A program made the position numbers and the translations under genes. Positions 54,363 through 63,736 of a stretch of 64,000 nt of DNA are shown here, in pieces. The notes beneath the pieces were generated by a model that was not told where the DNA came from, did not search any database, and saw only the letters and a program-made list of their open reading frames with translations. Within the stretch, counting starts at the first letter, position 1; every line of letters begins with the position of its first letter. The stretch lies in sequence record LR756502.1. One strand, 5' to 3'.

Positions 54363-55640
54363 ATGAAAAGAATAAACGTAAATCAATTAGAAAACTTTAT
54401 CGGTCAAACTGTACTGGTAAAAGGATGGGTATCTCAATTTAGAGAACTTAAAAAAATGTCTTTCCTTATTTTAAGAGAAAGAACTGGATATTGTCAAATC
54501 ATTATCCCAAAAGAAATTAGTGAATCACTTTCACCTGAGTCTGTTGTCGAGGTTATCGGAACAGTTAAAGTAGAAAGTCAATCTCGTTATGGTGGTTATG
54601 AAATTGTAGCTGAGTCAGTTAAAGTAACATCAGTTGCCCAACTACTTCCTTTTCCTATAAACAGAGAAGAAGGTATTCCCGCTTTCAACACATTAAACAT
54701 ATTTAGACCTTTAACATTAAGAAAGGAAAAAGAAAGATGTATATTCAAAATTCAATCTGAGATTATCTGGGCTTATAGAGAATATTTAAGAAGTCAAGGG
54801 TTTACTGAAATACAATCTACTAAAATGTCTGCAGCTGGATTAGAAGGTGGATCAGAAATGTTTGAGATAGAATACTTTGGTCAAAAAATGTATTTAACTC
54901 AATCACCACAGTTTTATAAACAAATGATGGTTGGTGTTTATGAAAGAGTATTTGAAGTTGGTAAAGTTTACCGTGCTGAAGGTTCTAACTCCAACAAACA
55001 CTTAACCGAGTTTGTTGGTTTTGAATTCGAAATGGGATTCATTGAATCTGTTGAAGAAGTTATGCAAATGGAAGAAAATGTATTTGAGTATATCTTTACT
55101 CACTTAACATCTGTTTGTGAGAAAGAATTGGGATATTTAGAAGTAGAACTTAAATTTAATCCTATTCCAAGAGTAACTTACGCTGAGGTGATTGAGATTA
55201 TAAAAAATGAATATGGAATTACTTATGAGAAAGTAGGATTAAATACTGAAGCTGAAAGATTAATTTCTGAGTATATCTTTAGTAAGACTGGTTCTGAATT
55301 TGTTTTCATTACAAAATATCCACTTTCAGAAAGACCGTTCTATGCAATGCCTTCTGTTGAAGAAGGATGTTCAGAGACATTTGAATTGTTATATAAGGGA
55401 ATGGAGATTACTTCTGGTGGTCAACGTATTCATAACTATGAAGAATTAGTAAAATCAATTGAGTCTAAGGGATTAAACCCAGAAGCTTTTGAAAGTTACT
55501 TAATGGCTTTTAAGTTTGGAATGCCAACACATGGTGGTATGGGTATTGGATTAGAAAGAGTTGTTAAACAGATGTTAAATTTATCATCAGCTGAAGAAGC
55601 TTCTTTAATTCCAAGAACAAAAGAGAAGTGGATACACTAA
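54363..55640 (+). CDS. aspS: Aspartyl-tRNA synthetase, short archaeal/non-discriminating type
   Basis: OB-fold N-terminus, LTQSPQFYKQ, YRAE..HLTEF, EITSGGQRIH, PTHGGMGIGLER; no GAD insertion. AsnRS not fully excluded. Confidence 0.85.
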   Translation: MKRINVNQLENFIGQTVLVKGWVSQFRELKKMSFLILRERTGYCQIIIPKEISESLSPESVVEVIGTVKVESQSRYGGYEIVAESVKVTSVAQLLPFPINREEGIPAFNTLNIFRPLTLRKEKERCIFKIQSEIIWAYREYLRSQGFTEIQSTKMSAAGLEGGSEMFEIEYFGQKMYLTQSPQFYKQMMVGVYERVFEVGKVYRAEGSNSNKHLTEFVGFEFEMGFIESVEEVMQMEENVFEYIFTHLTSVCEKELGYLEVELKFNPIPRVTYAEVIEIIKNEYGITYEKVGLNTEAERLISEYIFSKTGSEFVFITKYPLSERPFYAMPSVEEGCSETFELLYKGMEITSGGQRIHNYEELVKSIESKGLNPEAFESYLMAFKFGMPTHGGMGIGLERVVKQMLNLSSAEEASLIPRTKEKWIH

Positions 55641-55878
55641 TAATATATAAAAGTAAAATACTTATGAATAAAATTATGAAGGTCGCTAGTATTTCGTTTG
55701 CTTGGAGTATACTAATCGGTATATTACTCTTGTGTTTTAATAGTTACATATTTGAAAGAACAGATATTGCAATTATTGTTGGAGTTGGTAGTGTTTTTAT
55801 TGGTATGTTATCTTATGTGCTTGGATTTCTATCATTGTATTTGTATAGGATATCAAAGATAAGGTCAAGGAAAATTGA

Positions 55879-56259
55879 TTAGTGTTGATGATCCAGTACT
55901 TCTATTAGTGTTGATTCACGCCTTTCGTCTAGAGTTTTAATGTTCTCAATGAAGATGTAATTAAACTCAATTATATCATTAAACTCAGTTCTTATTGTGC
56001 TAAAGTATTCAAATGATTCCGCCATCTTGACGTTATCAAAATGAAGACCACTTAATATCATAAAGTTTATTGATTTATAGTTTCCGGTGCCATTGACTTT
56101 ATCATCTGATTGACTAACAAATAATTCTGATGAGTATGTAATTTTAATAGTATTTCCTTGTGTAATATGTACATGTAAAATTTTGCTAAATTTTGGACAT
56201 CTTAATGTTGTTAATCCATAGTAGTTAATGGGTATTGATGATGTATTTATGTAGCTCAT
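55879..56259 (-). CDS. Hypothetical protein with C-terminal tag variant (RRESTLIEVLD)
   Basis: ORF track. Confidence 0.5.
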   Translation of the reverse strand: MSYINTSSIPINYYGLTTLRCPKFSKILHVHITQGNTIKITYSSELFVSQSDDKVNGTGNYKSINFMILSGLHFDNVKMAESFEYFSTIRTEFNDIIEFNYIFIENIKTLDERRESTLIEVLDHQH

Positions 56260-56904
56260 TCAGAAAATATGTATTTATATTTATTATATATATCTTTATA
56301 TAGATAAGTTTAGGTATAATATATCTTGTGAAAATATTTTTTATAAAAATATCCCTTTGTTTATATGATACTTGAGTGGTGGTGAGGATGTCAAATTGGA
56401 TATTTTTTGTTATATTTGTAAAAATAGTTATATTTGTATGTTAAATTGTTTATATAGAATAAAATTTGGTAAACTATCCTCTGAGTTAAACGAAGAGTAT
56501 GATAGACTCTCTGATTATGAAAAGGAAAAAATATCAGATATTGATGCTGAAAGTTTCTTCGATTGTGATGATGAGAGTTCTGGTAGTTACTTTTGTTATA
56601 TAATTACTGATCCTATGGAGATGAAATCTTACTTATCTATATTAGATTCCAATTTAATAAGAGTTAAGTGTGATAACTTATCAAATGACATAATTAGCAA
56701 TAGAATAAATTTAGAAAAAGAATTAAAATCTCAGGTTAGTGCATTAAATTCAGTGAAGTATAGTTTCTTCATTGATGATGTAAAGGACTGGATATATAGA
56801 AACCTATCAATTGATACTGTTCTTGATAGGATATCAGAATCCGGTATGGATTCACTAACAGATGTAGAACTATTATTTTTAACCAATCTTAATAATTAAA
56901 ACCA

Positions 56905-57330
56905 ATGAATATTTACTTAGACGACTTGAGAGTTCCAAGTATGTCTCATAATAAGGACAAGGGACTTGGATATGCTTACTCATTTGAGTCTAAGTGGGTA
57001 ATTGTACGCGACTACTTTGAATTTGTTGAATTGATTAATAGTGATTTTGATAAAATAAATTTGATATCATTTGATCATGATTTAGCTTGCTTCAAAAAGT
57101 CACACGGTATTCGTGAGGAGTTTACTGGTAAAAGTGCGGTAGATTATTTAATAAACTTTTGTTTAGATAATAATAAAAAGTTTCCAGACTGGTATGTTCA
57201 TACTGATAATACCTCTGGAAGAGGAAATATTATTGGAGCAATACTTAACTATATGAAAGTTATAGAAGGGTATGATACTACCAATTTTAGATATTATAAT
57301 AGTGGTATATTTAATAATAAAATAATATAA
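56905..57330 (+). CDS. Cyclic-phosphate-processing receiver-like protein
   Basis: IYLDDLR.P, WVIVR, ISFDHDL, TG..A..L, VHTDN. Confidence 0.7.
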   Translation: MNIYLDDLRVPSMSHNKDKGLGYAYSFESKWVIVRDYFEFVELINSDFDKINLISFDHDLACFKKSHGIREEFTGKSAVDYLINFCLDNNKKFPDWYVHTDNTSGRGNIIGAILNYMKVIEGYDTTNFRYYNSGIFNNKII

Positions 57331-57652
57331 TGGCTAATTTTATAACATTACATATGGTTGGTAAAATATTTGATACCGTTAGGGTTAAGCAAAGAGCTCT
57401 AGGTCATGATGGATTCCTATATTTTAATGAGGTAATTGGTGCTGGTAAAATAAGAATTAATCGAATAAACTCTTATTTTCCTTATGAAAAAGAACAGATA
57501 GTGCCAACAAGTCTTAACTCTCTTAGAGGAGATGCCTTGATGGAGATATATGATAAGTTAAACTCTAATGAGTTTTATGTATATAAGAAGATAGATGGTA
57601 GGGATTGTAAAATGAGATTGAAATTTATACCAAGAATACCAAAATAATAATT

Positions 57653-58402
57653 ATGTTTGAGTTGGGTGATGTTGATTTTAAATATTCTGGTGTTGAGTAT
57701 GACTACCGGACCGAAAACTCTTGCGTTGAAAGTGGGTGTGATTCTATTTGTAGGTGTGGTGTTATAGTTGATGAGTGTGTTATTGGTGTAGATGTTTCTA
57801 TTCTATCTAATGAGATATATAATATGTATTTTGATAATTCAAAGTTAACTAAGAGAAATAATACAATAAATTCAATTCTTTATGGGACTGGTGAGGAGTT
57901 AGACAGATACTGTATTGATCGTATACTTAGAAGTCACAAGGTTTGGTTATCACATAATTGGGATATAGTGGTTGAAGGTGGTTATTATGGTCAGGAAATT
58001 GGTCATGTGAGACTTGAATCCAGAGTATCTAGTAAAATACAGGATGATATCAACGAAGTAATATCAATAAATACAAATGCTGGTAAAGTTGAGTTTGTTC
58101 TTAACCTTGAGTATGGATACATACTTCCTGAACTAGATGGATGTAATTATGAAATAGTTGATATTGATGTTAATAGTATTATCTTTGGTAGTATTGGTCA
58201 ATATAAAAAGGTACAAAGTGAGAAACTTGAACATTATATTGATATAAAATATAGTGGGCCAAGAGGTGTTGTGAAGAAAGACGGTGATAAATATAAGATA
58301 ATAGATGGGTATCACAGAATATATGCTGCTGGATTGACTAATAAAAATAAAGTTGGTGTAAATTTGATTAGAGTAATACTTGTTAAAGATGAAATTTTAT
58401 AG
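57653..58402 (+). CDS. Protein with C-terminal ParB/Srx-like motif
   Basis: YKIIDGYHRIYAA. Confidence 0.55.
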   Translation: MFELGDVDFKYSGVEYDYRTENSCVESGCDSICRCGVIVDECVIGVDVSILSNEIYNMYFDNSKLTKRNNTINSILYGTGEELDRYCIDRILRSHKVWLSHNWDIVVEGGYYGQEIGHVRLESRVSSKIQDDINEVISINTNAGKVEFVLNLEYGYILPELDGCNYEIVDIDVNSIIFGSIGQYKKVQSEKLEHYIDIKYSGPRGVVKKDGDKYKIIDGYHRIYAAGLTNKNKVGVNLIRVILVKDEIL

Positions 58403-58853
58403 CCACGGAAGTACAATTGGAGTTACCCTTTCTGGTTGGTTAGGTGTTCTAATATTGGTATATATAACTCTTGAGTGTTTGAGTATATTTATCTCTCACA
58501 CAACATTATTTCGTAGGACTTATCTATATTTTAAGCTAAGGAAGAAAGTTTCTAAAATTTTACCAGTTTGGTGGGAATTAGAATATGTTAGTTTTATTGC
58601 AATATCTAGAGCGAGCAGTCACACTGATAGGTATGTAGTTTATTTAAAAATTGTATCTAAAATATCACCATGTTGGATGGATAAAAAATCTTGGACAAAT
58701 GCCTTTATTTTTGTTGATAAAAATGGAAATATTGTAAACAAGTATGAGTTATTAAGAAGAACTGAGTTAGGTGACAGGGTAAATCAGGTAACTGATGAAA
58801 TGATAAATCAGTATGTTAGAGATAAATCACTAACTGATTTAGGAATCAAATAA
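58389..58853 (+). CDS. Membrane protein with C-terminal tag (VRDKSLTDLGIK)
   Basis: N-terminal TM helix. Confidence 0.55.
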   Translation: MKFYSHGSTIGVTLSGWLGVLILVYITLECLSIFISHTTLFRRTYLYFKLRKKVSKILPVWWELEYVSFIAISRASSHTDRYVVYLKIVSKISPCWMDKKSWTNAFIFVDKNGNIVNKYELLRRTELGDRVNQVTDEMINQYVRDKSLTDLGIK

Positions 58854-58894
58854 ATTCCGTATCTTTGTAAAGATTGTAATTTAATAAATACAAT

Positions 58895-59491
58895 ATGAAA
58901 ATAAAAAAATTTAATCAATTTAATTCATCTGAATGGATAGGACCTCTTGAGATTCTTGATATAAAAGATGATATGGTTTATACCAACTTTGGTACATTTA
59001 CCAATAAATCAGGTTCTAGATTAACTAAGGGGTATTCATACTTATTAAGGATTATCGATGATGAAGTTGTTGAAACTGGAATGAGTTGTGTTGACTTAGT
59101 TATCCTTGTTAGAAATGGTAGTGGATATAAAATACTATCTATCAAGAGAGGTCATCCACCATTCGTGGGTATGTGGGCCAACCCAGGTGGTAACATTGAT
59201 GAGGGTGAAAAGCCGGTTGATGCTGCTGTGAGAGAACTAGTAGAAGAAACTGGACTGAAACTTGATAAAAGTGAGTTACATTATGTTGGTATGTTTGATA
59301 AACCATTCAGAGATCCACGAAATAAAAATTGCGTATCCTATGCTTTTAGAGTTATATTGGATGATTATCCAGATGTAACGGCTGGTGATGATGCTACAGA
59401 ATGTACTTGGAATGATGTTGATTCAGATGGAAGTATTAAAGTAGAAATGGCATTTGATCACGCTGAAATAATAAAAAAATCAATTCAATGA
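58895..59491 (+). CDS. Nudix hydrolase with N-terminal tag (MKIKKFNQF)
   Basis: GGNIDEGEKPVDAAVRELVEETGL; RDPR; AGDDA; MAFDH. Confidence 0.9.
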   Translation: MKIKKFNQFNSSEWIGPLEILDIKDDMVYTNFGTFTNKSGSRLTKGYSYLLRIIDDEVVETGMSCVDLVILVRNGSGYKILSIKRGHPPFVGMWANPGGNIDEGEKPVDAAVRELVEETGLKLDKSELHYVGMFDKPFRDPRNKNCVSYAFRVILDDYPDVTAGDDATECTWNDVDSDGSIKVEMAFDHAEIIKKSIQ

Positions 59492-59719
59492 AGAAAGGGT
59501 TAGATGAGTTTTTTATGAAACTATCTAGGAAAAAACTACTTCAGTTAGACAAAGAGTTTACTCAGAATAAGTTAGATGGTGCTATTAAAATTATAAGTCA
59601 GGTTATATCTAGTAGATATGGGGTTGATCAAGAATATGCTTTGTATCTAATACAAACTAATCTTCAAAGAATATTAAGCATTAAGCTTAAACCAAAATTA
59701 AAATTAAAAAAGAATAAAA

Positions 59720-60211
59720 ATGAACTTAAAGAATCTTAAAGAGCCATTTGTTATTGTGTTAATTGGTCCACCTCTTAGTGGTAAAACAACATGGATAAGA
59801 AAGAACTTTGCTGAAGGAGATGTTGAACTTATTAGTAGGGATCAAATAGTACTTGATGTCTATGGTAGTGATAACTATGATGAGGCATTCAGTCGAGTTA
59901 ATCAAAAGCAAGTTGATAGAGAACTACAAAGTGCTCTTGTTGATGCTTCAAAGAATAAAAAGAATACAATAATTGATATGACACACATGACTTCTAAAAG
60001 AAGATCACATAATCTATCCTATTTTGGTGAAGAATATTATAAACTAGCTGTTATATTTCCTATTTTATCTGATGATGAATATTCAAAAAGAAATAATAAG
60101 AGAGCTGCTGAGGAGAATAAAAATTTACCAATGCATATTATAAAGAGGATGATATCACAATATCAGACTATAAGACCAGAAGAAGGATTTAATAAAGTAA
60201 TATCACTATAA
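59720..60211 (+). CDS. P-loop kinase (AAA_33 / polynucleotide kinase-like)
   Basis: GPPLSGKTTW, ISRDQI, IIDMT. Confidence 0.75.
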   Translation: MNLKNLKEPFVIVLIGPPLSGKTTWIRKNFAEGDVELISRDQIVLDVYGSDNYDEAFSRVNQKQVDRELQSALVDASKNKKNTIIDMTHMTSKRRSHNLSYFGEEYYKLAVIFPILSDDEYSKRNNKRAAEENKNLPMHIIKRMISQYQTIRPEEGFNKVISL

Positions 60212-61039
60212 CTAAACATGAACGATAAAATAATGGCAACAATATCAAAATTTAACAATCAAAAAATGCCCAGTGCGGCTCGTATAGATATGAATAAAGA
60301 AGAAAGAACAGTTTTAATAAACAGTATTAGAGATGCTATCACTGCGTCCGGTAAGAAATTTGAAGAGATTGGTAAGGATTCATTTTACCAATTTTTTGAA
60401 AAACAAAAAGTACAACCGAAAATGTGGGACTCAATCTATAGTGAGCTCTCCTCGTTATACAAAAGTAACAGTAAACTAATGAGTGGGTCAGTTAGTATGG
60501 ATGACACTATGAGTAAAATAATGGATCAGCCTCCAGTTGACTATTACTCATCATCACAAAATGATGTAAAACAAAGAACTCCTAGAAAAAACATATTTGG
60601 ATCAATATCAAAAATTGGTTAATATGAGCATCTACTTATATTTGGTTTTTTGATAAAAAAGGCTTATATTTGTGTATATGAAAGACTATACATCAACATA
60701 TCTTATTGGAAGTGACTCTTTAATCGTAATTGATAAAAGCGACTTTTTTAAGTCAACTTGGTGGAATGAATGCGTTCGTGAGAAAGGTGGATCATTTGCT
60801 GAGTTTGATCAGTGTATGACATTTTTATCCAATGGATTTGAGATAGTTGTTGAATTTGAATTTGTAGTTAGTGCTGATTATATCTATGATAGTGGTGATT
60901 ACTTTACACCACCATCATCAAGTTTAGATATAATTGATGTTGATATTGAAATCAATTGTATTACAATTGATGGTTATGATGTTGAGTTGGGCGCTGATGT
61001 TGTTAGTATGTTTACGAAATTGGTAGATATTAATCTATA

Positions 61040-61828
61040 ATGGATATAAAGGATAAAGTTTTTGTAATAACTGGATCTACACAGGGTATTGGTCGTGAGT
61101 TAGGTAGACAGGTATTACTGAGAGGTGGTAAGGTTGTATTCAATAGTAGAAGTGAGAATAAGAAACTATTGATATCCGAACTAGGAAATATTGATAACAC
61201 TTTATTTGTCGCATCTGATGTCACTAAGAGTAATGAGGCTAGTGAGTTAATATCAAAGTCAATTGATAAATTTGGTCGCATTGATGTTCTTGTTACTAAT
61301 GCTGGTATGTCAAGTTTTGGTGAACTTTCGGAGAGCTCACCATCTGTAATACAAGATATAATTAATAGTAATATAATTGGTACTTTGTTACCAACTCATT
61401 TCTCTATACCACATTTAATTAAGTCTAATGGTAAAGTTTTATTTATTTCATCACTTGCCGCATTTCATGGACTACCAAACTATTCTTTGTATTCTTGTTC
61501 GAAGATGGCATTGACTGGAGTTCAACAAAGTCTATCTAAAGAATTAAAATCAAAGGTATTTGTTGGTATAGCTTATGTTGGTTTTACAAAGAATGATGAT
61601 TCTAAAAAGACATATGCTCCTGATGGCACTCTTGAATCAGTACCAAGTAGAGATAAGTTTAATGTAGTAACTCAAGAGGAAACTGCGTTACTTCTACTTA
61701 AACAAATAGTGGATTGTAAAAAGTCAGTTGTTCATTCTCCAATAGGTAAACTTACATCTTTTATGAGTAGGTTATTCCCATCACTGGTTCATAGACTAAT
61801 ATCAAACAACTATAAAAAAAATAGTTAG
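61040..61828 (+). CDS. Short-chain dehydrogenase/reductase
   Basis: TGSTQGIG, NAG, YSCSK. Confidence 0.92.
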   Translation: MDIKDKVFVITGSTQGIGRELGRQVLLRGGKVVFNSRSENKKLLISELGNIDNTLFVASDVTKSNEASELISKSIDKFGRIDVLVTNAGMSSFGELSESSPSVIQDIINSNIIGTLLPTHFSIPHLIKSNGKVLFISSLAAFHGLPNYSLYSCSKMALTGVQQSLSKELKSKVFVGIAYVGFTKNDDSKKTYAPDGTLESVPSRDKFNVVTQEETALLLLKQIVDCKKSVVHSPIGKLTSFMSRLFPSLVHRLISNNYKKNS

Positions 61829-62038
61829 AATCAACTGTTTGGACAATTTAATATTATTTTTAAATAATTTTTGGCATTTCAATAAACTTTACTATCTTTG
61901 TGTATATAAATAATCTGTTAACGAAGTCAGATAAAAAACTTCAACAAAAATTTGGTAGATTGAAATATCTTTCTTATCTTTGTAAAAGAAATCAGAAATG
62001 ATTTTACATTTTACATTATTTTTATTAAAATAATACAT

Positions 62039-62154
62039 GGCCTTTTCGTCTAGTGGTTCTTCCTTGTGAAGATACATTGATAGTCTTTGACTTCCAGTGT
62101 AAGGACGGGTGTCTTTTCAGACACAGAACAGCGGTTCGACCCCGTTAAAGGCTA
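62039..62154 (+). tRNA. tRNA-Glu-type gene with 43-nt D-loop insert and 8-nt anticodon loop
   Basis: Same body as 63101; insert 62059-62101; GTGT-CTTTTCAG-ACAC. Confidence 0.7.
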
Positions 62155-62159
62155 CAATT

Positions 62160-63098
62160 AAAAAGTCTACCCCTTCGTCCTCGATGGGTAATATCCAAAT
62201 AAAGACGCAAATAGGATGTTTCAGACTTTGTACCAAGCTTCGACTTCGGTTGTTGTGTAGGTAGGGCGGCTTATAGTCCTTAAATAAACCTCGAAAGGGG
62301 GATAAAGTGAGTATCATTGCTAAATGATATTTGCGGTTTGAACTGAAAGGTTTGAGCTCGAGTAAGCAAGCGAAATACCACAAAATCTGTAGTAATGAGG
62401 GTAACTCCGTAGTGAAACGATTTTGTGATTGGGTGAACGTAGGTCACTTGATTGACTTCGGAAGAAGAACAGGAATAATTCGTAGGAATTTTGTGAGAAA
62501 TATCGGCTTAACCGGCTAGTATGATTGCGAGTTCTAATTCAAGAGATGTCTTAAAGTTGAAAGACAATTCTTCTACCAGGTGGTGCTGTTGAAGAACATT
62601 AATCTGACTACCAAGTTGGTAGGTATCATCGCAAGGTGGTATCGTGATGAAGAAATCTTAAAGAATTGTGATGGAGGCATCACACAGAGTAGTTCAGTAT
62701 TTTGTCTGTCAAAAACGGATGAAGCTGAGAGGAGACCACTACTTTGACTTAATCTACAAGCACAAAAAATTTACTTATGATGTAAAAACTATAACTAAAT
62801 CAAAAGTGTTTCCTAGTTATCAATGAAAATTGACTACTTAGCCGTGAGTTGTTCACGGTCACATTAAGCCCGAAAGGCGGATGTGATTTCAGAGAAAAGC
62901 TTATAGAGGGTCGAACCTCTAATCAGTTCGCAAGACTGAATAAGTGGAGTAAATGGAGAATAGTTGATAACTTAAGGAGTGGTTGGTCTAACTAACCGTC
63001 ATTGACAAGTTACTACTCAAAAGGTAGTGGATAGATTTGGGAATAAATAATCCAAACAGAGGCTTGTTGTTTTAGGATGTAATCTCAGTCCTTTTTTT
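62160..63098 (+). ncRNA. Large (~0.9 kb) structured ncRNA, GOLLD/ROOL-class candidate
   Basis: No credible ORF, higher GC, many hairpins (CCTC-GAAA-GGGG, GAG-GGTAA-CTC, TATCATC-GCAA-GGTGGTA, GTGATG/CATCAC, CCGTGA/TCACGG, AGAGG/CCTCT), flanked by tRNAs, ends in U-tract. Family not verified. Confidence 0.7.
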
Positions 63099-63100
63099 AT

Positions 63101-63173
63101 GGCCTTTTCGTCTAGTGGTTAGGACGAATATCTTTTCAGATATTAAACAGCGGTTCGAATCCGTTAAAGGCTA
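63101..63173 (+). tRNA. tRNA-Glu-type gene with 8-nt anticodon loop
   Basis: GGCCTTT/AAAGGCT; AATAT-CTTTTCAG-ATATT. Confidence 0.75.
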
Positions 63174-63177
63174 CAAC

Positions 63178-63208
63178 AACCCACCGATCTGGTGGGTTTT
63201 TTTATTTT
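63178..63208 (+). terminator. Intrinsic terminator
   Basis: AACCCACC-GATCT-GGTGGGTT followed by T-tract. Confidence 0.85.
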
Positions 63209-63265
63209 TAAATAAATCCAATAAAGTCTAAACTTTTATTTATATTTGTATATTAATTTCATAAA

Positions 63266-63733
63266 ATGACAGATATAATTACATCATCAAAGGAGATGGA
63301 AATTCTTCTATTCTCTCTTCCAAAAGTTATAATAGCTACTATCTGTGGTGCTATAATTGGTTATGATCGTGAGATGAAAAATAAGGTAGCTGGTATAAGA
63401 ACAAATATTTTAATTTGTGTTGGTGCTACTATATTTACTATTGTATCTGTTGTGTTAGCACAACTTAACCATTCAGACCCAACACGAATACTATCAACTA
63501 TTGTTACTGGAATAGGATTTCTTGGAGGTGGTGCTATAATGAAAACAGATGATAAGATTGTAGGTATGACTACCGCCGCGTTTATTTGGGTAGTTAGTGC
63601 AATTGGTATACTTTGTGGTATTGGATCTACAATAACCCCTATTCTATTGACCATTGGATTAATAGTGGTTTCGAAGATATTTGAAAGAGTTGAAAAGCAA
63701 ATGAAAGAAAATAACAATCTAAAAAAAGACTAA
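63266..63733 (+). CDS. MgtC/SapB family membrane protein
   Basis: GAIIGYDRE..KVAGIRT, DPTRI...IVTGIGFLGGG, GMTTAA.IW. Confidence 0.92.
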   Translation: MTDIITSSKEMEILLFSLPKVIIATICGAIIGYDREMKNKVAGIRTNILICVGATIFTIVSVVLAQLNHSDPTRILSTIVTGIGFLGGGAIMKTDDKIVGMTTAAFIWVVSAIGILCGIGSTITPILLTIGLIVVSKIFERVEKQMKENNNLKKD

Positions 63734-63736
63734 AAT

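Noticed and set aside
56260-56440. Very AT-rich intergenic stretch as replication origin
   Set aside because: Explained by divergent promoters (TAATATATA-like and repeated TATATTTG); no iterons seen.
61997-62053. Short ORF MILHFTLFFIKIIHGLFV before the last tRNAs as a tenth leader
   Set aside because: It runs into the tRNA, has no terminator or antiterminator, and its composition does not match Glu.
62160-63098. Group I/II intron, tmRNA or RNase P RNA
   Set aside because: Both flanking tRNAs are complete genes; I saw no tRNA-like ends, tag ORF or RNase P P4 consensus. A CM search is still needed.
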